Assembly (NCBI RefSeq): GCF_051097895.1
Contig: NZ_CP142525.1
Coordinates: forward strand, 2,070,001-2,102,000
DNA: 32,000 nucleotides
Source: Psychrobacter sp. HD31
Lineage (GTDB): Bacteria; Pseudomonadota; Gammaproteobacteria; Pseudomonadales; Moraxellaceae
Direction of reading: 5' to 3'
Shown: piece after piece, positions 9,220 to 17,865 of the stretch
Numbering within the stretch: the first letter of the stretch is position 1
Layout of the letters: every line of letters begins with the position of its first letter
Notes under the pieces: generated by a model
Databases searched by the model: none
Told to the model about the DNA's origin: nothing
What the model saw: the letters and a program-made list of their open reading frames with translations, nothing else
Program-made: the position numbers and the translations under genes

Positions 9220-11082
9220 ATGACACAGCAATCACAAAGCTTTGCCGACCTTGGGCTAAAGCAACCACTTCTTGACGCGTTAAATAAAGTTGGTTACAGC
9301 GAACCATCGCCAATTCAGGCACAAGCAATTCCGCACCTTTTAAATCGCCATGATATTTTAGGGCAAGCGCAAACAGGGACAGGTAAAACAGCCGCTTTTG
9401 CTTTGCCAACCTTGCAAAATATTGACCTAAGCTTACGAGGTGTTCAGGTTTTGGTATTAGCACCCACGCGTGAACTTGCCATACAAGTGGCAGATGCCTA
9501 CAAAGACTATGCACAATTTATGCCAAAGGTTAATGTGCTTCCTATCTATGGTGGTGCGGATTATCGCACTCAGATTAATGGTTTAAAACGTGGGGCTCAA
9601 ATTGTGGTTGGTACCCCTGGTCGCGTAATGGACCACATGGAAAAAGGCACACTCAAGTTAGACAACTTGCAAGCTTTAGTGTTAGATGAAGCGGATGAAA
9701 TGTTACGCATGGGCTTTATTGATGATGTGGAATGGGTGTTGTCTCATACGCCTCAAGAAACCCAAATTGCGTTATTTTCTGCAACCATGCCAGCGCAAAT
9801 TAAGGCAATTACCGAAAAATATCTTAAAAATGAAGTGGTAATTCAGATTGCTAAAAAAGCAGAAACAGCATCGACTATCGAGCAGTTTTATTTGTGTGTT
9901 GAATCTAGCCAAAAAATGGCAGGGTTACGTCAATTGTTAGAAATTGAAGATAGAGATGCCACCATCATCTTTGTTAACACCAAAGCGATGACAGAAGAAT
10001 TAGCGAGCAAACTTAATTATCGTGGGCATAAAGCAGCAGCACTAAATGGTGACTTGCAGCAAAAACAACGTGAGCGAGTGATTGATCAGCTTAAAAAGGG
10101 CATGATTGACATTGTAATCGCGACAGATGTTGCAGCTAGGGGTATTGATGTAGAGCGAATCAGCCATGTTATTAACTATGACCTACCTCATGACAGTGAG
10201 TCTTATGTACATAGAATTGGTCGTACTGGGCGTGCTGGACGTAGTGGTAAAACAATTTTGTTAATGACACCACGTGATCGTCGCTCGTTTGGTTTTATCG
10301 AAAAAGATACAAAAACAACCATACCTATGTACCCAATGCCATCGTTAACAGATATTAATGCCCAACGTGTGGCGCATTTTAAGCAGCGCATTGTTAGTGA
10401 AATGGAACACAAGAATCTTGAGTATTTAGAGCAAATGCTTGAAGAAATGTACCAAAATGATGACCTAGATTTAATTAGCATCGCAGCTGCCCTTGCCAGT
10501 ATGTCGTTAAATAATTCACCATTGCTATTAGGCAAGCGTGATACCGTTGCTTCTATTGACTTGGCAACCTTGTCATCACGTTCTTCTCGTCAAAGAGATG
10601 GACGAGGGCGTGGGCGAGATAGAAACAAAGATAACCGTAGAAACCGCAAAGATCGTGATGAAAATCAGGGTGACAGAGTATCTCGAGAAGATATGGAAAA
10701 CTATCGTCTTGGTGTTGGCTATCGTGATAATATTAAGCCAGGGCATATTGTGGGCGCCATTGCGAATGAAGCAGGTATCGAAGGATACAATATTGGACCA
10801 ATTAACATCAGTGATAACCATACAGATGTTATGCTACCAAAAGGTATGCCAGCTGAGGTTTTAAAGCACCTACAAAAAACCCGTATCAATGGTAAATTAA
10901 GCCAAATTGAGCAAATGGATGCCGATACCAGCGCATCGGAAGGAAATAACCGTAAGCGCAGCGGTGGTAAAGATAGACGAGGGAATCAAGAGCGACGCAA
11001 CAAACGAGACTTTAAAAAGTCACCACATAAAGGTAGAGATGGTGATAAACCTGTAAGACGTCCTCGTAAAAAGTTTGATTAA
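9220..11082 (+). CDS. deaD: Cold-shock DEAD-box RNA helicase DeaD/CsdA
   Basis: F..LGL Q-motif region, AQTGTGKT, PTRELA, DEAD, SAT, HRIGRTGRAG, a DbpA-like RNA-binding segment and an R/K/D-rich tail. 620 aa. Confidence 0.93.
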   Translation: MTQQSQSFADLGLKQPLLDALNKVGYSEPSPIQAQAIPHLLNRHDILGQAQTGTGKTAAFALPTLQNIDLSLRGVQVLVLAPTRELAIQVADAYKDYAQFMPKVNVLPIYGGADYRTQINGLKRGAQIVVGTPGRVMDHMEKGTLKLDNLQALVLDEADEMLRMGFIDDVEWVLSHTPQETQIALFSATMPAQIKAITEKYLKNEVVIQIAKKAETASTIEQFYLCVESSQKMAGLRQLLEIEDRDATIIFVNTKAMTEELASKLNYRGHKAAALNGDLQQKQRERVIDQLKKGMIDIVIATDVAARGIDVERISHVINYDLPHDSESYVHRIGRTGRAGRSGKTILLMTPRDRRSFGFIEKDTKTTIPMYPMPSLTDINAQRVAHFKQRIVSEMEHKNLEYLEQMLEEMYQNDDLDLISIAAALASMSLNNSPLLLGKRDTVASIDLATLSSRSSRQRDGRGRGRDRNKDNRRNRKDRDENQGDRVSREDMENYRLGVGYRDNIKPGHIVGAIANEAGIEGYNIGPINISDNHTDVMLPKGMPAEVLKHLQKTRINGKLSQIEQMDADTSASEGNNRKRSGGKDRRGNQERRNKRDFKKSPHKGRDGDKPVRRPRKKFD

Positions 11083-11111
11083 CTTTTATGAGTTTTAAAC
11101 GGTACTAGATT

Positions 11112-11148
11112 AAACATAAGCTGAAGCCAATCAGCTTATGTTTTTTTT
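11112..11148. terminator. Terminator between convergent deaD and hmuV
   Basis: 13-bp stem aaacataagctga / tcagcttatgttt followed by T8. Confidence 0.8.
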
Positions 11149-11193
11149 ATGGGCTTTTAAACGATATTTTTTTATTCAGTTTGATAAATAGAG

Positions 11194-11955
11194 TTAAACA
11201 AAGACTTTACCATCCTTGGTGTCATAAACTTTGATATCAACTTCGTACATTTTTTTAAGGGTTGCCGGTGTCATTACGGCATCAGGTGTGCCCGTAGCAA
11301 TAATCTTGCCATCTGCCATGGCAATAATATGATCGGCATAATTATAGGCATCAGTTAAACTGTGCAACACCATCACAATGCTTTTATTGCCAAATTTAAC
11401 CAGATTTTTTAAATAAGCAAAAAGTTTGCGTTGATGTTTGACATCCAAATGGTTGGTAGGCTCATCAAGTAGTAAAATATCGGTTTTTTGCATTAAAGCA
11501 CGCACCATGGTCATGCGTTGTTTTTCGCCTCCTGAAAGCGTTTGTACACGCATGCTTGCTAAATTTAGCAAATCAAAATCATTTAAGTAATTTTTTGCTT
11601 CTGCAATTGCCTGTTTGTTTGGTTTTTCATACCAAGCCAAATTAGGCATGATGCCAAGCAAGCAATAATCTAAAACAGTTAATGGCACTTCGTATTTTTC
11701 GTGCTGACCAACCCAAGCAACTTGACCACGACGGATGAGTTTGCTAACAGGTTGTCCTTGATGGCTAATATTACCGGTGACATGACAGCGACCATTTTGT
11801 TCTAAAAGGGCGTTGATTAGCGTGCTTTTACCAGCGCCATTGGCACCAATAATGGCAATCATATGATTGCTGGGCAGGGCAAGCTGTTTTGTTTGCAACA
11901 AAACCTTTTGTTTGTGTACAACTTTTAAAGAGTCGATAGAAAATAATGTGCTCAT
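11194..11955 (-). CDS. hmuV: Heme/iron-complex ABC transporter ATP-binding protein
   Basis: Walker A GANGAGKST, signature LSGGEKQR and Walker B LLLDEPTNHLD. I moved the start to ATG 11955..11953 (MSTLFSIDSL...), which overlaps the upstream TAA as TAATG. The longer track ORF (to 11985) would overlap hmuU. Confidence 0.85.
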   Translation of the reverse strand: MSTLFSIDSLKVVHKQKVLLQTKQLALPSNHMIAIIGANGAGKSTLINALLEQNGRCHVTGNISHQGQPVSKLIRRGQVAWVGQHEKYEVPLTVLDYCLLGIMPNLAWYEKPNKQAIAEAKNYLNDFDLLNLASMRVQTLSGGEKQRMTMVRALMQKTDILLLDEPTNHLDVKHQRKLFAYLKNLVKFGNKSIVMVLHSLTDAYNYADHIIAMADGKIIATGTPDAVMTPATLKKMYEVDIKVYDTKDGKVFV

Positions 11956-12971
11956 TACCTGCGATTCCCTTGTAAAAATATCCAAACAAAAAATGGACCT
12001 CCAAGCAAAGCAAGCACAATACCAATGGGCAAATCAATGGGATAAGCGATGTGACGAGCAGCACTGTCAATGACCAACATAAACATTGCGCCTAACCAAC
12101 CTGACCATATCATTAGCCACGTTCTACCACCACCAAAAATAAGTGCAAGTAAGTTAGGGATCATCATACCAATAAAGCCAATCATCCCAGATATTGAAAC
12201 AGCCCCGCCCGTGAGCAAAGCACAAGCAATAATAACCAAGGTACGAGTTAAGCCAACGTTTATTCCCATCGTGGTTGCGGTGGTTTCTCCAAGCAAAAGG
12301 GCATCCAGCTTTCGCCCCATTGGTAACAGCAAAATCAAACCTAATAGCATAACCAAAAGTGCATACCGTAGTGGTACAAACCCAGCTTCTGCCAAGCTGC
12401 CTGATAGCCAGTTGGTGGCACTGCGTAAAATCATATCATCAGACATAAATAAAATTAGGCTAACGACTGCACCACAAAAAGCACTGATAATAAAGCCTAA
12501 AATTAGCAATCCCATTTGACCACCGCCCAAAAAACGGTGGAACGCCAGCACAAAAATGCACACCAGCATGCTGCCTGCAAAAGCAGCTAAAGGCACGCCA
12601 ATACCCCCAATACCAAAAGCAATAACCAGCACCACACCTAAGGCTGCACCACCAGATGTACCAATTAGACTTGGGTCTGCCAATGGGTTTTCAAACAAGG
12701 CTTGTAAGGCACAACCACTTACCGATAATGCCATACCAACCATTAAAGCGTTTGCTATACGTGGGTAACGCAGTGCCCAAGTCAACTCGTTTAATGTGCT
12801 TGGATTATGCCACTCGCCAAAGCCAATGCCCAAACTAAACCATGCGATAACACAGCACAGCAATGCCAGCATGAGATATAGCGATATTTTTTTGGGTCTA
12901 ATGGCGAGCATCTTTAAACTACGGATGGTGATAGGGCTTGTATTTAAATGAAAGCGGTGTTGCTTATTCAT
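11955..12971 (-). CDS. hmuU: FecCD-family heme/iron-complex ABC permease
   Basis: 338-aa polytopic protein with FecCD-type glycine-rich helices. Its ATG overlaps the hmuT stop (ATGAATAA). Met21 is an alternative start. Confidence 0.85.
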   Translation of the reverse strand: MNKQHRFHLNTSPITIRSLKMLAIRPKKISLYLMLALLCCVIAWFSLGIGFGEWHNPSTLNELTWALRYPRIANALMVGMALSVSGCALQALFENPLADPSLIGTSGGAALGVVLVIAFGIGGIGVPLAAFAGSMLVCIFVLAFHRFLGGGQMGLLILGFIISAFCGAVVSLILFMSDDMILRSATNWLSGSLAEAGFVPLRYALLVMLLGLILLLPMGRKLDALLLGETTATTMGINVGLTRTLVIIACALLTGGAVSISGMIGFIGMMIPNLLALIFGGGRTWLMIWSGWLGAMFMLVIDSAARHIAYPIDLPIGIVLALLGGPFFVWIFLQGNRR

Positions 12972-13863
12972 GTGCTAATTTGTGTAACTTATCGACAATG
13001 TTAGGAGAATATAAACCAAATACCATAAAGTCTCTCACTGGCCAAAATATCACTTTATCATTTTTGGCAGCTGGGCTATTTGCAATTTCAGGACGGCTGG
13101 CAAATTGTTTTTGTGAACCTACAATGGCTTTGTTGTGGTCAGCAATGATGACGACATCAGGGTTGGCATCTAGCCAGCCTTCACGAGATAATGGTTTTAA
13201 GCCTTCAACACTCGAGGCAGCATTAATACCACCAGCCCTTTTTATCAGATCGTCTGCCACCGTGTTTTTGCCAGATACAAACCTTCCGTCATAGCTCAAC
13301 AAATAGCGGGTTTTGGTTTGTTCTCTTGGTTGCATCCCCTCAAGCCATTGAGTAGACAGTTTTTTACCTTCTTCAGGTTTACCAACTAAATTACCAATAG
13401 TTTCAATGCTTTGAGCAAAAACCTCAATGTCTGCTTTTGGTGCAACATTAACGGCTTTTAGACCCAAACCCTCTAAACGGTTATAAATGGTTTGTGGTTG
13501 CACCATGTGGCTACCCAGTACAAGGTCTGGATTAACAGAAATAATTGACTCGGGCGATATATTACGATGCGTCCCCACTTCTGGCACATGGTTTAGTTTT
13601 GGGTGCTTGTTCATTGCATCTTTGCCAACAATTTTATCAATTGCACCTAAGCTAATAACAATGTTTGCCACATCTGGGCTCATCACAACAATACGTTGGT
13701 ATTCATCTTGGTTGGCGGCAGTTTTTACGTGACCGTTGGCTTGCTCTTTTTTAGCTTCATTTGCGTCATTTATCGGTTTGTCACAAGCCGTTAAACTGGT
13801 TGCCATGGCAAATAGGCTGATATAACAGCAAGTTTTAGCGGTTTTAGATAGTGGGTTTTTCAT
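12964..13863 (-). CDS. hmuT: Periplasmic heme/iron-complex binding lipoprotein
   Basis: Lipobox LTAC after the signal peptide. Length and the RIVVMSPDVANIV / VVIIADH pattern fit a class III (BtuF/HmuT) binding protein. Operon context supports the call. Confidence 0.8.
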   Translation of the reverse strand: MKNPLSKTAKTCCYISLFAMATSLTACDKPINDANEAKKEQANGHVKTAANQDEYQRIVVMSPDVANIVISLGAIDKIVGKDAMNKHPKLNHVPEVGTHRNISPESIISVNPDLVLGSHMVQPQTIYNRLEGLGLKAVNVAPKADIEVFAQSIETIGNLVGKPEEGKKLSTQWLEGMQPREQTKTRYLLSYDGRFVSGKNTVADDLIKRAGGINAASSVEGLKPLSREGWLDANPDVVIIADHNKAIVGSQKQFASRPEIANSPAAKNDKVIFWPVRDFMVFGLYSPNIVDKLHKLAHE

Positions 13864-13999
13864 AATATGATGCTTGTTGTGTTTTTTATCAAAATTACAG
13901 TTTATTGCTGATTAACCTTTCATTTACCCTTTTACCTTTAAAAACAAATAAATCGGACTTTTACTTAATCTGTTAGTAAAAAGGTTATAAAAAATGATT

Positions 14000-15112
14000 C
14001 TATGCAGCGTAGTCTTTAGCAATTTGGTCGGTAATTTCAACCCATAAATCAAGTTCAGGATTGCCTTCTTGACGTTGCCCAAAAATGGTTGCGATGGTAC
14101 GCCCTTTATCATCAAAGGCTTCAATACAAGTGACATAGCCATCCACAATAGGGCGCTTAACCCACCATAGTTGTGAGATACCACTGTCTTTAAGGTGTAG
14201 GGTAAAGTCGTTGTGGTCTTTATCTAAAATATTTAACCAATCACCCATTCGGTTGACGGTTTTAACAGTACCTGTTTGTATTTGAACCACGCCAGTGTTG
14301 CCAACAAAAATCATAATTGGGCATGCTTTTTGTTGCACTAAATTTAATAATTGTTCACATGCATGTGGGTTTAGCTTGGTTGCCATGCCCTCAGGTGCTT
14401 GTATATAACTGCTTGCTCTGTCAATTTCTAAGTCTGCTAAAATACCAAAAAATTGGTGTACATCGGTCATACCAAGCCATTTTTCATGCAGTGTTTTTTT
14501 GTTTTCATCACTTAGTGTTTTTAGTTGCCAGTCTTTCAGATCTTCGGGCGCGTCAAGTTCAATTACTTTAGCCTCTGCATTGTTGCCCATGCTTGTTATG
14601 ATTTCATCAAGCATGGATTGCCAATGGGGTAGGTCATCCATATTTTTTAAATAAACCTTGTTAATGGCATTGCCATGCCCATCAAAAAACTGAATGCTGT
14701 GGATAGCACGTTTGTTATTTTTAGTATTGGTGACAGCTAGTATGTGTTTCCATTTACTCATAAAGTAACGTAAATCAAGTCCCCCGACATTTAGCATAAT
14801 CCCCATTTTTTTACCCGCCTTTAAGTTTTGAAACTTGCCAAGTTTTTCATGCACGGCAAAATCATTACGGACGATGCTTTCTAATTTTTCGGTTGGTAAT
14901 TTGGTGAGTGCGTTAAGTGCATCAACACATTGACTGCCAAGGTATTGGCTATCTGGCGATGCTAAAAGCAATTCCAGCTCGCTTACCCCTAGTTTTTGTG
15001 AGCCCTCAGTAGGGAACAACATTTTTGATTCTGATTTTGCTTGCTCATAAGATTGCCATAGGTCGGTATTTTTTGTACTGGTGTCTATAGGGGTCATTTT
15101 GTTTGTACTCAT
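14000..15112 (-). CDS. hmuS: Hemin-degrading / heme-shuttle protein, ChuS/HmuS/PhuS family
   Basis: Colinear blocks match E. coli ChuS: RNDFAVHEKLG, LDLRYF, HSIQFFDGHGNAINKVY, MTDVHQFF, IMIFVGNTGVVQIQTG, DGYVTCIEAFD and FGQRQEG. Confidence 0.9.
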   Translation of the reverse strand: MSTNKMTPIDTSTKNTDLWQSYEQAKSESKMLFPTEGSQKLGVSELELLLASPDSQYLGSQCVDALNALTKLPTEKLESIVRNDFAVHEKLGKFQNLKAGKKMGIMLNVGGLDLRYFMSKWKHILAVTNTKNNKRAIHSIQFFDGHGNAINKVYLKNMDDLPHWQSMLDEIITSMGNNAEAKVIELDAPEDLKDWQLKTLSDENKKTLHEKWLGMTDVHQFFGILADLEIDRASSYIQAPEGMATKLNPHACEQLLNLVQQKACPIMIFVGNTGVVQIQTGTVKTVNRMGDWLNILDKDHNDFTLHLKDSGISQLWWVKRPIVDGYVTCIEAFDDKGRTIATIFGQRQEGNPELDLWVEITDQIAKDYAA

Positions 15113-15199
15113 AATAAAACTTGGATGGTTTTTGTTAAAAACATTGTTGATTTAACAATATATAGGCAATGGTATCAATTTTATCATTTAAATACAAAT

Positions 15200-15248
15200 A
15201 ATTATTATTATCATTATTATTGCAATTAAGAATCATTATCGTTACAAT
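15200..15248. promoter_or_regulatory. Two adjacent Fur boxes overlapping a candidate sigma70 promoter for the heme receptor (divergent hmuS/hmuR control region)
   Basis: 15200-15218 aattattattatcattatt matches GATAATGATAATCATTATC at 14/19. 15222-15240 gcaattaagaatcattatc matches 13/19 with a perfect right half. TTGCAA (15220-15225), a 17-nt spacer and TACAAT (15243-15248) bracket the second box. Confidence 0.65.
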
Positions 15249-15344
15249 GCTGAAACATTGTTACCTATTTTTTAATTGCTTTAATTTGACATGCTTGTGG
15301 CAATTTTTAAATAGCTTTTTTATGTAAACTCTTGGAGTAATTAA

Positions 15345-17474
15345 ATGAATACAACATTTAATAATCAAAAAACTATGGTAAAAAACTTTGCGCTTAGCTC
15401 ATTAAGTTTGGCTTTAGCCCCTTTATTATTGACTGCTGCACACGCCGCACAAGCGGATACGCTGCCAACAGCACAATTGCCTGCTATTAATATTACTGCC
15501 ACTACAGAAAATAGTATTGATAGTAGTTTGCCGAATGCTAAAACAATGAATCTGGAGAAACAAAACGATACTTCGATTGTTGATGTTTCTAGTGCATTGC
15601 AAAATGATACTTCTATCGATTTAAATTTGGATGGCAATGGTAATACTCGCTATATTAATATTAGAGGCATTGGTGCTAACAATACCGAAGTAAAAATTGA
15701 TGGTATTAAAAAGCCTCAAAACTTTTCATATGCACATGGTATTTATAATAGTGGTGAATTAAATCCTTACGAAATTGATACCATTAAACAAATTGATATT
15801 GTTAAGGGGCGTAACTCACCTAAACAAGGTGGTGGCGCTCTTGCGGGTTCAGTAAATATGCGTACCTACCGTCCAAGTGATTTTATTGATGACGAAAACC
15901 GCAAATATGCATCATTGCAGTCAAGCTATGCAGATAAAAATGATAGTTGGGGTAATACGCTAACAGTTGCAGCTGGCAATGATAAAGTTAGTGGCATGGT
16001 AATGTATACTAAACGAGATTCTCATGAATATGAGAACACTGGCAATGACGAGGATAAAACACAGCGCAATAACATTGAGTATGAGCAAGATAATATCCTG
16101 GTTAAAGGCGAAATGGATGTGACTGGTGGTAAGTTAATTGCCACTGCCGAACGTTTTGATCAAAAAAGAAAGACTGAGTATCGATACTACCAAAGAGAGG
16201 GTAAAGACGAACCAATTAAACGCAGCCGTTACTCTGTAGAAGGTGAATTTCAGGATGTACTTGGAACCGATGCTTTAAATTTCTTGTTGGGATATCAAAA
16301 AATTGATAATACGAGTCAAGGGCAATATATAGGTTTGTTTAAAAATGATTTATTTACTGCTGGTGTAGATGGCGAAAAACACATTGAAACCGGAACACTT
16401 AATCAGCATTTGTTATTGGGTTTAGGGTATGAGTCCTCTGAATTTGATTTTAAACGACAAAGTAAAGTCGATGGTTCATACAATAGACGGATACCTATAA
16501 CAAAAAGAGATACAACCTATATTTATGGTAAAGACCATATTGGATTTAATAACGGATTTGTCTTGTCGCCTGGTGTGCGTGTCGAACATGAAAAACATTC
16601 ATCTAAATCAGATGATATTTATGAGAATAACCCTGCTGTACAGTTCCAAAATTTTATTCCTAAGGGCAGTAAAACCAAGGTATTGCCATCTTTAGGTGCA
16701 TCAATGCCAATTAATGATAAAACGACGGTATATGCAAACTATGCTAAAGGTTCTAAAAGTGCTGATGACATAAACTTTACTAGTTTCTATCATCCACCAC
16801 CACGTACATTTGCTAACATTCCTAACCCCGACCTAAAAGATGAAACATCGCAAAACTTTGAGCTTGGTTTTATCTATGAACCAAACGATATGAGAAGCTT
16901 AAGAGTTAATGGTTTTTATACAAAGTATGATGACTTTGTCGTTAAAAAATTTTTAGATGAATATAACGGCAATAAAGGTGACTTTAATATTCCTTATAAC
17001 CTTGATGATGCAAAAACATATGGTATAGAGGTTGATTCTAGCCTTGCAATTAACGATGCTTTGACAGCAAATCTAGGTGCAACTTGGATGAAGGGTGAAA
17101 AAGGCTCTGATGGCAAAGAAGACAAACCATTAATCAACATTAGTCCATTGGTTACTAATTTTAACTTAAGCTATAGTCCTAGTGAAGACTGGGGCAGTAG
17201 TTTAAGATTGCGTGCTGCAAGCAAAGGCGCTGATCCTGAAAACGATACTAAGTTCCGTACCCCTGGTTACGTTTTAGCGGACCTAACAGGTTGGTGGAAG
17301 CCTATGGAATCATTAACCTTAAGTGGTGGTGTCTATAATGTGTTTGATAAAACCTATTGGTTGGCCGCAGAGGTCAATGGTAATAGTAAACAAGGATATT
17401 ATGGACCAGTTAATTTTGAAAAATATAGCAGACCTGGACGTAACTTTGGTATAAAAGCGAAGTATGAATTTTAG
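15345..17474 (+). CDS. hmuR: TonB-dependent heme/hemoglobin outer-membrane receptor
   Basis: Signal peptide ...AAHAAQA, plug motifs, an NPDLKDETSQNFELG (NPNL-box-like) region with an upstream His, and terminal KAKYEF. GGAG RBS upstream. Divergent from hmuSTUV with shared Fur boxes. Confidence 0.8.
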   Translation: MNTTFNNQKTMVKNFALSSLSLALAPLLLTAAHAAQADTLPTAQLPAINITATTENSIDSSLPNAKTMNLEKQNDTSIVDVSSALQNDTSIDLNLDGNGNTRYINIRGIGANNTEVKIDGIKKPQNFSYAHGIYNSGELNPYEIDTIKQIDIVKGRNSPKQGGGALAGSVNMRTYRPSDFIDDENRKYASLQSSYADKNDSWGNTLTVAAGNDKVSGMVMYTKRDSHEYENTGNDEDKTQRNNIEYEQDNILVKGEMDVTGGKLIATAERFDQKRKTEYRYYQREGKDEPIKRSRYSVEGEFQDVLGTDALNFLLGYQKIDNTSQGQYIGLFKNDLFTAGVDGEKHIETGTLNQHLLLGLGYESSEFDFKRQSKVDGSYNRRIPITKRDTTYIYGKDHIGFNNGFVLSPGVRVEHEKHSSKSDDIYENNPAVQFQNFIPKGSKTKVLPSLGASMPINDKTTVYANYAKGSKSADDINFTSFYHPPPRTFANIPNPDLKDETSQNFELGFIYEPNDMRSLRVNGFYTKYDDFVVKKFLDEYNGNKGDFNIPYNLDDAKTYGIEVDSSLAINDALTANLGATWMKGEKGSDGKEDKPLINISPLVTNFNLSYSPSEDWGSSLRLRAASKGADPENDTKFRTPGYVLADLTGWWKPMESLTLSGGVYNVFDKTYWLAAEVNGNSKQGYYGPVNFEKYSRPGRNFGIKAKYEF

Positions 17475-17507
17475 ACTGTCTATAACAATTTGATTTTAAT
17501 TTATTTA

Positions 17508-17542
17508 AAAACCACCTTTGCAAGTTGCGAGGGTGGTTTTTT
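17508..17542 (+). terminator. Rho-independent terminator after the heme receptor gene
   Basis: aaaaccacc...gggtggtttttt hairpin plus T-run. Confidence 0.75.
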
Positions 17543-17772
17543 AAAGCGTCTAAAAAAATTTGTACCTACATTAACAAAAGTAATTTAAAAAGCTAAAACA
17601 ATAACAAAATACGTTTGTATCTATATCTCTTGTATCGAGTAATGCCTTATCTAGACGTAAAATACCTTATTGAAGGTAAACAGATTTGGGCTAATAAAAA
17701 TTTAGCTTAAATATAAGCTGACAATTTCATATTATTTGGGTGACTCTGTCAGGTTAAGTTTGAGCTAGTACA

Positions 17773-17808
17773 GATAAAAATAGCCAAAGCTTTACACTTT
17801 GGCTATTT
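17773..17808 (-). terminator. Rho-independent terminator after receptor gene 17866..20139
   Basis: 12-bp stem aaatagccaaag / ctttggctattt, followed on the minus strand by TTTTT. Confidence 0.75.
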
Positions 17809-17865
17809 AAAAAATTATCCACTATGTGGCTCGTATATATGAGTGAATAATCAAAGTCAGTGTGA

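Noticed and set aside
9173-9514. 113-aa minus-strand ORF overlapping the deaD start.
   Set aside because: It is antisense to the strongly supported helicase N-terminus (Q-motif, Walker A) and resembles nothing recognisable.
12070-13294. Plus-strand ORFs 12070..12519, 12556..12768, 12656..12838 and 12938..13294.
   Set aside because: All are antisense shadows of hmuU and hmuT. Their low-complexity P/I/K-rich translations are typical of reading a membrane-protein gene backwards.
13924-14184. 86-aa minus-strand ORF spanning the hmuS 3' end and the hmuS-hmuT gap.
   Set aside because: It overlaps hmuS out of frame, and the remainder is AT-rich intergenic sequence. There is no RBS or recognisable motif.
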